The notes below the pieces were generated by a model, which was not told where the DNA came from, did not search any database, and saw only the letters and a list, made by a program, of their open reading frames with translations. A stretch of DNA of 64,000 nucleotides, from NCBI GenBank assembly GCA_017935785.1, contig JAGBGU010000047.1, forward strand, positions 3,013-67,012, written 5' to 3'. Made by a program: the position numbers and the translations under genes. This DNA comes from Bacteroidaceae bacterium. Lineage in GTDB: Bacteria > Bacteroidota > Bacteroidia > Bacteroidales > Bacteroidaceae. Below, piece by piece: positions 10,783-19,147 of the stretch. Numbering within the stretch: the first letter of the stretch is position 1; the number at the start of each line of letters is the position of its first letter.

Positions 10783-11787
10783 CTAATCAAATCCAAAATA
10801 TACTTTCTTGTACCAACTTGACCAATCAGGCAAATAAGCAACCGCATTGTCAACAAGTACATTAGATTTAAAGTCATAGAACTTGGAAGAATTGTTAGTC
10901 AGTTGTCGATAGTCATTCATCGTCTTGTCAAGGAAAGAATTTTCGGGATGAGTGACCACCGAAAAATAGACTTCTTTAAATACTCTTCTATCTTCAAGTT
11001 CCAAAGCAAGCAACTGATTCCTCCAAAGTTGGTTCATGCCACCTCTGAATGGGCAACCATCATTTACATATTTACCAGAGAAGAACGAGTACTGTCTTTC
11101 CATGTTTTTCCAATAATAGTAGCCACAATGTTTGTGGTAATAACACTTGTCGTGATTATTTAGCAATTCTTTTATGCCACAAGATGTACAATTGGCTTCC
11201 TCAAATTTGGAAATACCTTTTGAACGATAGCCTCCACAAGTTGTAAATTCCCGTTCAGTTAACTTGTGTTCTATAAGCCAAAGGCAGAGTTCATTGTCAA
11301 AATTTCGATATGCAATGGCAACATCTGAATCTGTTCCTGCATGAGGGCTATGGTCACCAAGAAGGCCTTTGGAACCTTCCAATGAAGATTCCCAATACTC
11401 AAAGCAATAACCCTTACGAAATTGGTTTCTATCAACATGGTCAAAACCTGTAGGAGCAACTCCTGACACTTTTAATATCTTATCAGCATACTCGCTCTCC
11501 AATATTGGCACAAAAAGATTAATGCATGCAGTTTGAGAACTTGCCACATGCATAGAAGCTGCAAGATGTGGTTTATAGGCGAACTTGCTTTTTTGAATAT
11601 CTACTACTGTTGACTTAATATTCTCATAGAGCATAACTGGTATTTTTGCATCACAATATGGCTTAGGAAACAAACAATCGTGCTCAACACCTCTATTTGA
11701 AATCCCTTTACCCTTAATTTTAAGAACATCTTCTTTATACTTAATCAGGTACGAATAAACCCTCTGCTGAAAATCTCGATAAGACAT
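10783..11787 (-). CDS. hypothetical protein, PD-(D/E)xK nuclease-like (restriction-endonuclease-like) with a Cys-rich insert
   Basis: 334 aa with a candidate D...(E)xK signature (GTDSDVAIAY ... LWLIEHKLTE) followed by Cys clusters (TTCGG, CTSCG, CYYHKHCGYYYW, GCPF). It sits in an AT-rich islet with no adjacent methyltransferase. Confidence 0.35.
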   Translation of the reverse strand: MSYRDFQQRVYSYLIKYKEDVLKIKGKGISNRGVEHDCLFPKPYCDAKIPVMLYENIKSTVVDIQKSKFAYKPHLAASMHVASSQTACINLFVPILESEYADKILKVSGVAPTGFDHVDRNQFRKGYCFEYWESSLEGSKGLLGDHSPHAGTDSDVAIAYRNFDNELCLWLIEHKLTEREFTTCGGYRSKGISKFEEANCTSCGIKELLNNHDKCYYHKHCGYYYWKNMERQYSFFSGKYVNDGCPFRGGMNQLWRNQLLALELEDRRVFKEVYFSVVTHPENSFLDKTMNDYRQLTNNSSKFYDFKSNVLVDNAVAYLPDWSSWYKKVYFGFD

Positions 11788-12008
11788 AAACAGTATGTTT
11801 TATTATGAATTAAAAATACCTTGTCATTTCCCAACCTCATCCTGCGGCTTCTATGGCTTCTACTTCTCCTTTTGCTTCAAATTGAGCTAGTTACATAGTA
11901 CAGATAGGTAATTCTTGAAGTTTTCAATTTCATAGTCATCCCATTCGGGCTGTCCAAAGTCGACACTTACAAGCTCTCCATATCTATATTTGTTTTTCCA
12001 ACCTTTCC

Positions 12009-13166
12009 TCAGGCTTTGTTCGCCCGCCAGAAGAAGAGCAGATAGAAGGCGCCAAGCGCCAACACGGCTATGGCGCCGGTCTGCCCGAAGCTGTCGCTGG
12101 CCGCACCCATGAGCAGGGGGAACACCGTTCCGCCGAACAAGCCCATGATCATCAGGCCGGAAGCCTCGTTCTTCTTATCCGGGACAGCCTGCAACGCCCG
12201 CGCCATGATGATGGAAAAGGGATTGCTGTTGGCCAGTCCGAGCAATACGATGGAGGCATAAAGCACCCATTGTTCCGCACCCAGGAAAAGCATCGACAGG
12301 GCAACAAGCATCAGCACTATACTTGCCAGCAGGAAGGTCCACTCCTTCATACGCACCATCACGAAACCGCCGGCCAGGCAGCCCGCCGTGCGTGCGATGA
12401 AATAAAGGCTGGTGGCAAATCCCGCCGTCTCAAGCGTAATGCCCAGACGTTCCATCAGCACCTTGGGCGCCGTAATGTTTATGCCCACATCCATGCCTAC
12501 ATGGCAGACAATGGCCAGAAAGCAAAGCAGCACGGCGGGATTGCCCAACAGGCGCAGGGCGTTGGCAAACTGTGCAGCCGCTCCCAGCTGCTTTTCCGTC
12601 TTCTCCTCTGCCCCTTCCTTTATTTCCGTTGCATTAAGCAGGAGTATGGCGACAATGCCGACGGACATGTAAAGGGGGAAAAGGATTCGCCACCCCATTC
12701 CGAATACGTCTGCCGTTGCGCCCCAGGCGGCCAGAATGGGCGCCATAAAGGAAGCGATGGCCTTGACAAACTGGCCGAACGTAAGCGTAGAGGCCAGATT
12801 GCCGCCACGCATCACGCTGTCCACCAACGGATTAAGGGAAGTCTGCATAAGCGCATTGCCGATGCCAAGAAGCGAGAAGGCTATGAGCAGTACCCAAAAC
12901 GTATTGACAAAGACGGGTATCACCATGGCGAAGACGGTAATGAGCAGACTGAGCAGGACGGTACGCTTGCGACCGATGCGGTTCATGAGCAGGCTGGTGG
13001 GGATGGAGAAGACCAGGAACCAGAAGAACACCAGCGAGGGGAGCAGATTGGCCATGCTGTCCGTCAGCCCAAGGTCGCCCTTGATGTAATTGCTGGCAAT
13101 GCCCACAAGGTCTACAAACCCCATGGCAAAGAAGCACAGCATTACGGGTATGATTTTCCTGTTCAT
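12009..13166 (-). CDS. MFS sugar transporter (glucose/galactose/fucose permease-like)
   Basis: 385 aa with ~12 predicted TM helices and an MFS loop motif (LMNRIGRKRT). It is adjacent to a sugar kinase and an isomerase. Confidence 0.75.
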   Translation of the reverse strand: MNRKIIPVMLCFFAMGFVDLVGIASNYIKGDLGLTDSMANLLPSLVFFWFLVFSIPTSLLMNRIGRKRTVLLSLLITVFAMVIPVFVNTFWVLLIAFSLLGIGNALMQTSLNPLVDSVMRGGNLASTLTFGQFVKAIASFMAPILAAWGATADVFGMGWRILFPLYMSVGIVAILLLNATEIKEGAEEKTEKQLGAAAQFANALRLLGNPAVLLCFLAIVCHVGMDVGINITAPKVLMERLGITLETAGFATSLYFIARTAGCLAGGFVMVRMKEWTFLLASIVLMLVALSMLFLGAEQWVLYASIVLLGLANSNPFSIIMARALQAVPDKKNEASGLMIMGLFGGTVFPLLMGAASDSFGQTGAIAVLALGAFYLLFFWRANKA

Positions 13167-13175
13167 AACGTATTC

Positions 13176-14273
13176 TTATTTGTCCAACTGGCGCAGGGCA
13201 TAGGCATAGGCGCCGTACATGATGCTGGTGCTGGCGCCGTTCTTTGAAAGGCCCACACAAATGGAACGGCGGTTCAGATATGGCACTTCCTTTTCCGAGC
13301 AGGGCACCTTTACGGTTCCCATTCCCAGGGCAATGAACTTTTCCCGGTCGGCCTCATCCTCCCAGTTGAAGACGTCCATTTGGAGCAAGGGGAAGGAGTT
13401 GCCGCCGAAAGTGCCGGCCGTCCCCTTCAACGCGGCAACCACTCCGGGCAGAATGTACTTTCCGGCACCGGCCAGTCCGCCGCCAAGCACAGCCACTCCG
13501 TCTACAATATTCAGGGCACTGACCATAGCCTCGCCAGCCACCTCGCCCAGTTGGCGGAATGCCTCCCTGGCTGCCTGGGGATTGCCTTCGCGCCTGCCCT
13601 CGGCAATCTGGTAGATGTCAAAGGGGGTCAGTCCCTCCACATCCTGTCCGCTTTCTTCCTGATATACTCGGCGCACGGCACGGATGCTCACGCCCTCCTC
13701 GGCAATCATCTGGGGGTAGCGTGCGTTGCGCATACACCATACATCGCCTCCGCAGCCATTGTCTCCGCGAAGCAGCACGCCGTCGAGCACCACACCGCCA
13801 CCGAATCCTGTACCAAGCGTAATGCCGAGCAGGTTGCGGTACTGGCGAGTGACACCATGCTGCTGCAGGGTATGGTTCACCTCGGGCAGGAATCCGGCCA
13901 GCGCCTCGCCATAGGCAAAGAGGTTGCCGTCATTGTTTATATATACGGGAATGCCGAACTTCTGCTGCAGATAGGGTCCCATTGCCACTCCGCCCCGGAA
14001 AGCGGGGAAATTGCCCAGGTCGCCAATGATTCCGCGCTCATAGTCGGCGGGGCCGGGGAAGGCAAAGCTGATGGCCACCGGTTCGTCGGCAAGCTGTTCC
14101 TTGACCAGATTGAATCCGTGTACCAATACGTCCAGACAGCCCTGAATGCTGTCCGAAACGGCATCAAGTCTGATGGGTTCTGTAATCTCTTTGTATCCCT
14201 GCATGGCAGAGAAAACGAAATTTGTGCCTCCTGCGTCGAGGGTAAGCACAATGCGGTTGTCCTTTATATACAT
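13176..14273 (-). CDS. ROK-family sugar kinase
   Basis: 365 aa with the N-terminal ATP-binding motif LTLDAGGTNFVF, ITLGTGFGGGVV, and a Cys/Gly-rich ROK segment (GDNGCGGDVWCM). Confidence 0.75.
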   Translation of the reverse strand: MYIKDNRIVLTLDAGGTNFVFSAMQGYKEITEPIRLDAVSDSIQGCLDVLVHGFNLVKEQLADEPVAISFAFPGPADYERGIIGDLGNFPAFRGGVAMGPYLQQKFGIPVYINNDGNLFAYGEALAGFLPEVNHTLQQHGVTRQYRNLLGITLGTGFGGGVVLDGVLLRGDNGCGGDVWCMRNARYPQMIAEEGVSIRAVRRVYQEESGQDVEGLTPFDIYQIAEGRREGNPQAAREAFRQLGEVAGEAMVSALNIVDGVAVLGGGLAGAGKYILPGVVAALKGTAGTFGGNSFPLLQMDVFNWEDEADREKFIALGMGTVKVPCSEKEVPYLNRRSICVGLSKNGASTSIMYGAYAYALRQLDK

Positions 14274-14288
14274 AATTGTAGCGTTTTT

Positions 14289-16019
14289 TTATCCTCTCAC
14301 ACTGGCCTTGATGGCCATGCAGGGTTCGTTGTTCTTGTTATTTCCGCCGGGCGTAAGGGTGTATTCCCCTATGCAGGCAGGGATGATGAAGGTCTCGGCA
14401 TAATGTACTTCAAACGGTTCAAAGGCGTTTGTGGGGCTTTCCACCAGCGCCGACTCGCCCTGGCAGAGGTTAAGCACATTGACACCGCCTTCGGTATGAA
14501 GCGTCACAGGGCGGCTGAAGGTGTGGCGGCGGGTTTCTATAAACTCGTTGCGATGGAGTCCGGTACGTTCCTCAAGCGCTCCGTCCTCCTCCTTCAGCAC
14601 CTCAAAGCGGTTGCAAAGTTCGTTCTTCACGAATTCGGTACGCCGTTCCCACTGTATTACCTTGCTTCCGCGCTCCACGTTGATGGGACGCGGTTTGCCG
14701 TCGAGGCCCAGGCGTCCCCAATCCCACAGTTTGAATGTGAAGATGCTGGGCGTGGAACTGATTTCAAGCACCATGCTGTTATGGCCGGAGCAATGCACCG
14801 TTCCGTTGGGAATCAGGTAATGGTCGTGTTTCCTGGCATGGAACTTGTTCACGTAGCGTTCGGCATCGAACATAATTTCTCCGCGCTGCGCCCTGCGCAG
14901 GTCGTCAATCATCTCTTCGGGGCATACGTCTTCCTTCAGCCCGAGATAAACCACGGCATCGTCTCCGGCATCCAGCAGGTAGTAGCTCTCATCCTGTGTG
15001 TAGGCCAGTCCGAAGTTGCGGTGCGCAAATTCGCTTGTGGGATGCACCTGCACGCTCAGGTTGCCGCCTCCCATGGTATCCAGAAAGTCGAAACGAATGG
15101 GGAACGAACGTCCGAAACGAGACCATACATAATGCCCCAGCAATTCGCGACAGTGCCACAGCACCACGTCCTGGGAGGGCAGTTCAAAGCGTTCTCCTTC
15201 TGCCAGGAAATAGAGACTGTTCTCCTCGGGCACACAATCAAAACACCATCCGTAGTTCTCCACAGAGGGGTCCAGGCCGCACACCTCCTTCATCCACTGG
15301 CCACCCCAAGGGGCAGGGTCGAAGAAAGGCACCACCCTAAACGGCCGGCTGACGGTACGCTGCAGGCCTTGGCGGAACTGGGCATCGGTAATCATCTTGG
15401 GGCAGGCACGGCAGTTGTGGTCTATCCAGAAACTGATGCGCCCCAATTGGAACAGCTTGTCCTTGTAGGCATCGCAGATGTTCCAATCATTGAAATATCC
15501 TCTTTTATACTGAAGGCTGGGGCCCTCGGCACTGTTGTCAATGCCCAGCGCCTTCACCTCGTGCCGGCGGAAACGCTGCTGGATTTCCCAGCGTGCCATA
15601 TCGGCATACGCCACCGGTGCAGAAGGGGCTATACGCGCAGCTGCGGTTCCTATCACAACGTACTTTCCCCCGTCGGCCAAACGTGAACGCGCCTCTTCCA
15701 CCTTCTTCTCGCAGAAATATTCCTCAAGACGAATGTTAGACATATAGCCGAACAGTACGTCGTCCGTTATAAAACGGTCTGTGAGTTCCTTTACGGCCTC
15801 ATCGCCAATCATCAGGCTGCGGGTCTGAACAATCTCACGCCCGGTAGCGGCAAACGCCTCCACAAAGTCTTCTTCGTAACTTCCCACATACAAGTCTACG
15901 GCCCAAACAGGGCTGTCGCCCCATTCGTCCTGCAACCTGTTCACAATAGTTTCCCACCCCATGATGAGCTTGCCATCAATTCGGGTAGCCGGATATTTGT
16001 CAAAATTGGATGAACGCAT
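14289..16019 (-). CDS. class I mannose-6-phosphate isomerase-like (cupin) protein, long form
   Basis: 576 aa with PMI zinc-site-like motifs (GGGNLSVQVHPT; YLIPNGTVHCSG). It is embedded between the sugar kinase and a GH92 gene. Confidence 0.6.
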   Translation of the reverse strand: MRSSNFDKYPATRIDGKLIMGWETIVNRLQDEWGDSPVWAVDLYVGSYEEDFVEAFAATGREIVQTRSLMIGDEAVKELTDRFITDDVLFGYMSNIRLEEYFCEKKVEEARSRLADGGKYVVIGTAAARIAPSAPVAYADMARWEIQQRFRRHEVKALGIDNSAEGPSLQYKRGYFNDWNICDAYKDKLFQLGRISFWIDHNCRACPKMITDAQFRQGLQRTVSRPFRVVPFFDPAPWGGQWMKEVCGLDPSVENYGWCFDCVPEENSLYFLAEGERFELPSQDVVLWHCRELLGHYVWSRFGRSFPIRFDFLDTMGGGNLSVQVHPTSEFAHRNFGLAYTQDESYYLLDAGDDAVVYLGLKEDVCPEEMIDDLRRAQRGEIMFDAERYVNKFHARKHDHYLIPNGTVHCSGHNSMVLEISSTPSIFTFKLWDWGRLGLDGKPRPINVERGSKVIQWERRTEFVKNELCNRFEVLKEEDGALEERTGLHRNEFIETRRHTFSRPVTLHTEGGVNVLNLCQGESALVESPTNAFEPFEVHYAETFIIPACIGEYTLTPGGNNKNNEPCMAIKASVRG

Positions 16020-16067
16020 ATTCTTCGCTTTTATCTTTTATTCTGTAGTCTGACTGAGCAACAGACA

Positions 16068-18104
16068 TCAATACCAGAACACCAGTTCGCCGCCCTTGGC
16101 CAGTTGCGCATGCTTGATTTGGAAATTATGAAGCGCAACGCCGTTCCATGTCACACGACGCAATGTCTGACGCATGTCTTTCCGGCCAACGGTACGGATA
16201 ACGGTCTTAACCTTGGCAGCCTCGTCCATCTGCAGTTCAATGCGGTCAAAGACTGGAGAGAACAGCTCATAGACAGGTTCGCCCACGATGAGCGGATACA
16301 TACCCATGGAAGCGAACACAAACCATGCGCTCATGGTGCCGTCGTCCTCGTCCATCTCGGGACAATAGCCTCTGGGAGCATTCTTGAAGGCATGTCCCAC
16401 AAAAGGCGTCTTATAGGCGTCATTTCCGCCATAGCGGTGGGTAATGCTGTCGAGCATAAGCTCCTGTACAACCTTGCCTGTACGGAGGGGCTGGCCCAAG
16501 CGGCCGAAAAGGAAGGGCACATGAATGTCCGGCTCGTTCCCCTGATTGTACAGCTGCTCGTCAAAGAACGTATTCAATTGCTTCTGAAGTTTGTCCTTTC
16601 CGCACAAGGCTATCATGCGGTCAAGGAACATGGGAGCTCCCCAACGGTATTGCCAGCGCGTTCCCTGATAAAGTCCGTTTCCGCGCATTTTGGTGTAGTT
16701 TGCGTCAATGTTCATGAATTCCCGCGGCCAGATGGAATCGAAAAGTTCCTCGCCACGCTGTTTCCATTTCTTGCAGTCGGATTGTTTTCCCAAGTCCTTT
16801 GAAAGTTCGCTCAAAGCCCAAAAGTCTGAAGCGGCTTCCAGGCACTGGTCCGGCGACTTCAAAGGGAGCCGCTTCACCTCGGCCACCATTCCTGGATAGG
16901 CCTTCTGCAGCACGTCCTTTGTCACCACCTTCTTGCGGTAGGCATCGAGCAGAGTGGCGATGGCATGCTCCGTACGCACCGTTGGCACGCATTCATGGGG
17001 CGTGGACCAATCTTCCTTTCCGGTGGTATAAAGCTGCGCCAATGAGGCCATGATGGCCTGGCTTCTTCCTGGCTGGAACAGGGTTATGAGGGGGAATTTG
17101 GTGCGATAGGTATCCCAAAGTGACCAGGAGCTGTAATAGTCTGAACCTTGCGCCTTGTGCACCTTGCCGTCTGTGCCCAGATAGGTGTCCATCTTGTCGT
17201 CCGTCACCTTAAAGGGGCTATGGAACACACGATAGAGCGAGGTGTAGAAAAGAGGCTCTACCTGTGGCGCGCCACTAACCTTGACACGTTCCAGAATGGC
17301 ATACCATTGCGAAGCGGCATCGGCTTTCAAAGCGGAGAAGTCCTGTTTCCACACCTCCGCCTCGGACAATGCGTCAAGGGCATTCTCCAGTCCGGTTGAT
17401 ACGGCAATGCGCACCTCAACCTGACGCGATGAGAAAGCCAGCCGGACACGGCCGTCTTTTTGGGTCTCCGCCACAAAAGGCTTGTCGGCATACAGACGAT
17501 AGTAGAGATGATAGACGCCCCGGCCACAGGTGTTGCGGGATGCCACATATCCCTTGGCCACACGATCTGAAAGGACAGAGAATGAAGAACCTTCCACCCG
17601 TTCAAAGGATGAAGCGGGATTGAGCAACAATACCGGTTCCGCCGTTGAGGGGAAGGCGTAACGTTCCACGGCCATTCGGTGGGTGGCCGTTAGGCTAACC
17701 TGCACGCCGTTGCTCAAATAAGTCTCGTAATAACCAGGTTCGGCATTCTCGGTTGCCTTCAGAATGCGGATGTTCTTTCCTTCTCCGTCGGGCATCAGGG
17801 ATACGTTTCCTCCGCAACCGCTGCCTCCCACTCCGGAAAGGCGATTGATGGAAATGCCCGAAATAACAGGAACCTCATAATCGTATCCGGGATGTTGGCG
17901 GGGATTACTGTCGGGACATACCTGCACCATACCGAAAGGCACGGTGGCGCCAGGAGCCATTTGGCCGTAATCATTGGCGGTTCCCATGAAGAGGTTTACT
18001 TTCTCACGCAATGTGCGGTGTTCGTCAGACAGAGGAACACTTGCGGAAACCTGCGAGAGGGAAAACAATGCAACCCATCCGCAGAATAAAAATCGTTTTT
18101 TCAT
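16068..18104 (-). CDS. glycoside hydrolase family 92 (alpha-mannosidase-like)
   Basis: 678 aa with a signal peptide and GH92-type motifs (VNLFMGTANDYGQMAPGATVPFGMVQVCPDS; YNQGNEPDIHVPFLF). Confidence 0.75.
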   Translation of the reverse strand: MKKRFLFCGWVALFSLSQVSASVPLSDEHRTLREKVNLFMGTANDYGQMAPGATVPFGMVQVCPDSNPRQHPGYDYEVPVISGISINRLSGVGGSGCGGNVSLMPDGEGKNIRILKATENAEPGYYETYLSNGVQVSLTATHRMAVERYAFPSTAEPVLLLNPASSFERVEGSSFSVLSDRVAKGYVASRNTCGRGVYHLYYRLYADKPFVAETQKDGRVRLAFSSRQVEVRIAVSTGLENALDALSEAEVWKQDFSALKADAASQWYAILERVKVSGAPQVEPLFYTSLYRVFHSPFKVTDDKMDTYLGTDGKVHKAQGSDYYSSWSLWDTYRTKFPLITLFQPGRSQAIMASLAQLYTTGKEDWSTPHECVPTVRTEHAIATLLDAYRKKVVTKDVLQKAYPGMVAEVKRLPLKSPDQCLEAASDFWALSELSKDLGKQSDCKKWKQRGEELFDSIWPREFMNIDANYTKMRGNGLYQGTRWQYRWGAPMFLDRMIALCGKDKLQKQLNTFFDEQLYNQGNEPDIHVPFLFGRLGQPLRTGKVVQELMLDSITHRYGGNDAYKTPFVGHAFKNAPRGYCPEMDEDDGTMSAWFVFASMGMYPLIVGEPVYELFSPVFDRIELQMDEAAKVKTVIRTVGRKDMRQTLRRVTWNGVALHNFQIKHAQLAKGGELVFWY

Positions 18105-18161
18105 CGCTTATTTCTTTTTTGTTTTCATCTAAAAAATTGCTGTCTGTATTTTCGCAAAAGG

Positions 18162-19130
18162 CTACTTCACAGCCACCTTACGGCTAAAGTGGGTGAAATG
18201 CCCGTCGGCCCGTACCATATAAAGTCCGGAGGCCGGTGCCTGAAGCTTCACGTCCGTACCCTGCGCCGTAGCCACAACCTGTCCGCTGAGTGACACCAGC
18301 TGTACCGTTACCGGTTCGCAGCTCTGCACGCAGATTGTACGCCCGAAAGCACGCACGCTTGTCGCAGTCTCAAGTTCCTCGCCAATGTCGGACGGCGGAT
18401 TCACACCCAGATATTCGCCCGAAATGGTTTCAAGAAAAACATTACACTTGATACGATAGTACCCGTCCTCCTCTATTGTCCACTTGTAATCGTTGGAATT
18501 ATTATAGATAACCTTCTCGGCGGTCAGGATAGAGGCATCCTGCTTGTAGGGGTGCAAATGCTTTGGCCCCCAATCATATTGTCCGATAATTTTGAAGCGG
18601 CGCGGTTCCTCATTGGAAGAATAGGCTTTCAGCTCGCCCACCCATGTCCATTCATAAGGATCGTCCTCGCTCTGCACCATCTGCTTTCCTGCCGAGAGCT
18701 TCCAACCGCCCTGTCCGTCTTCCGTACAGCCTCCTACAATCCAGGCCTCGTACCACCAGGTGAAGACTTCACCAGTAACGAGACGCGACGGAGAAATGGT
18801 GAAACGGTAATTGTCCGCCTCGAAAAGCACTGCCCAAGCCGCATCATCAGCAGACCTTTTGAGCAATGCCTGAATGCCATTGCAAACGATGTTGCTGTTT
18901 ACCTGCTGAGGGGCATAGTACTGGGTTATAGCCCCTATTTCCGGCGTATTGATAATATAAAGGTCGCCGGGAAGAAGCGTGCCGTGGAACTTGTACGAGC
19001 CATCGTCCCACTTTTCCAACGGAATGGTTTTACCGCCAGGCACCGCGCTACCTGTAATATAATAAGATTGTGCGCTGGCACATAAGACACATAGAAAAGC
19101 TGTCAAAGAAAGTATATAGAATCTTTTCAT
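18162..19130 (-). CDS. secreted hypothetical protein with a T9SS C-terminal sorting domain (possible glycan-binding SusE/F-like protein)
   Basis: Signal peptide MKRFYILSLTAFLCVLCASAQS. I take the start at ATG 19130 rather than the ORF-track start 19151. The C-terminal ~80 aa (ICVQSCEPVTVQLVSLSGQVVATAQGTDVKLQAPASGLYMVRADGHFTHFSRKVAVK) is typical of a Por/T9SS CTD. Confidence 0.6.
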   Translation of the reverse strand: MKRFYILSLTAFLCVLCASAQSYYITGSAVPGGKTIPLEKWDDGSYKFHGTLLPGDLYIINTPEIGAITQYYAPQQVNSNIVCNGIQALLKRSADDAAWAVLFEADNYRFTISPSRLVTGEVFTWWYEAWIVGGCTEDGQGGWKLSAGKQMVQSEDDPYEWTWVGELKAYSSNEEPRRFKIIGQYDWGPKHLHPYKQDASILTAEKVIYNNSNDYKWTIEEDGYYRIKCNVFLETISGEYLGVNPPSDIGEELETATSVRAFGRTICVQSCEPVTVQLVSLSGQVVATAQGTDVKLQAPASGLYMVRADGHFTHFSRKVAVK

Positions 19131-19147
19131 CTGGAATTGTAATATTA

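Noticed and set aside
11890-12008. Open frame on the minus strand just downstream of the MFS gene (..KGWKNKYRYGELVSVDFGQPEWDDYEIENFKNYLSVLCN*), vaguely reminiscent of a MazF/PemK N-terminus
   Set aside because: It has no start codon and is very short, and the similarity is only a few residues. That is not enough to call even a pseudogene.
13380-15686. Very long antisense ORFs: 13380..15686 (+, 768 aa), 7566..9032 (+), 25194..27302 (-, 702 aa), 23841..25181 (-), 20189..21283 (+), 12270..13247 (+), 39505..40410 (+)
   Set aside because: Each lies antisense to a gene with clear family motifs. Their compositions are Arg/Ala/Gly/His-rich, as expected for stop-poor antisense frames of GC-rich genes. 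They contain no recognisable motifs.
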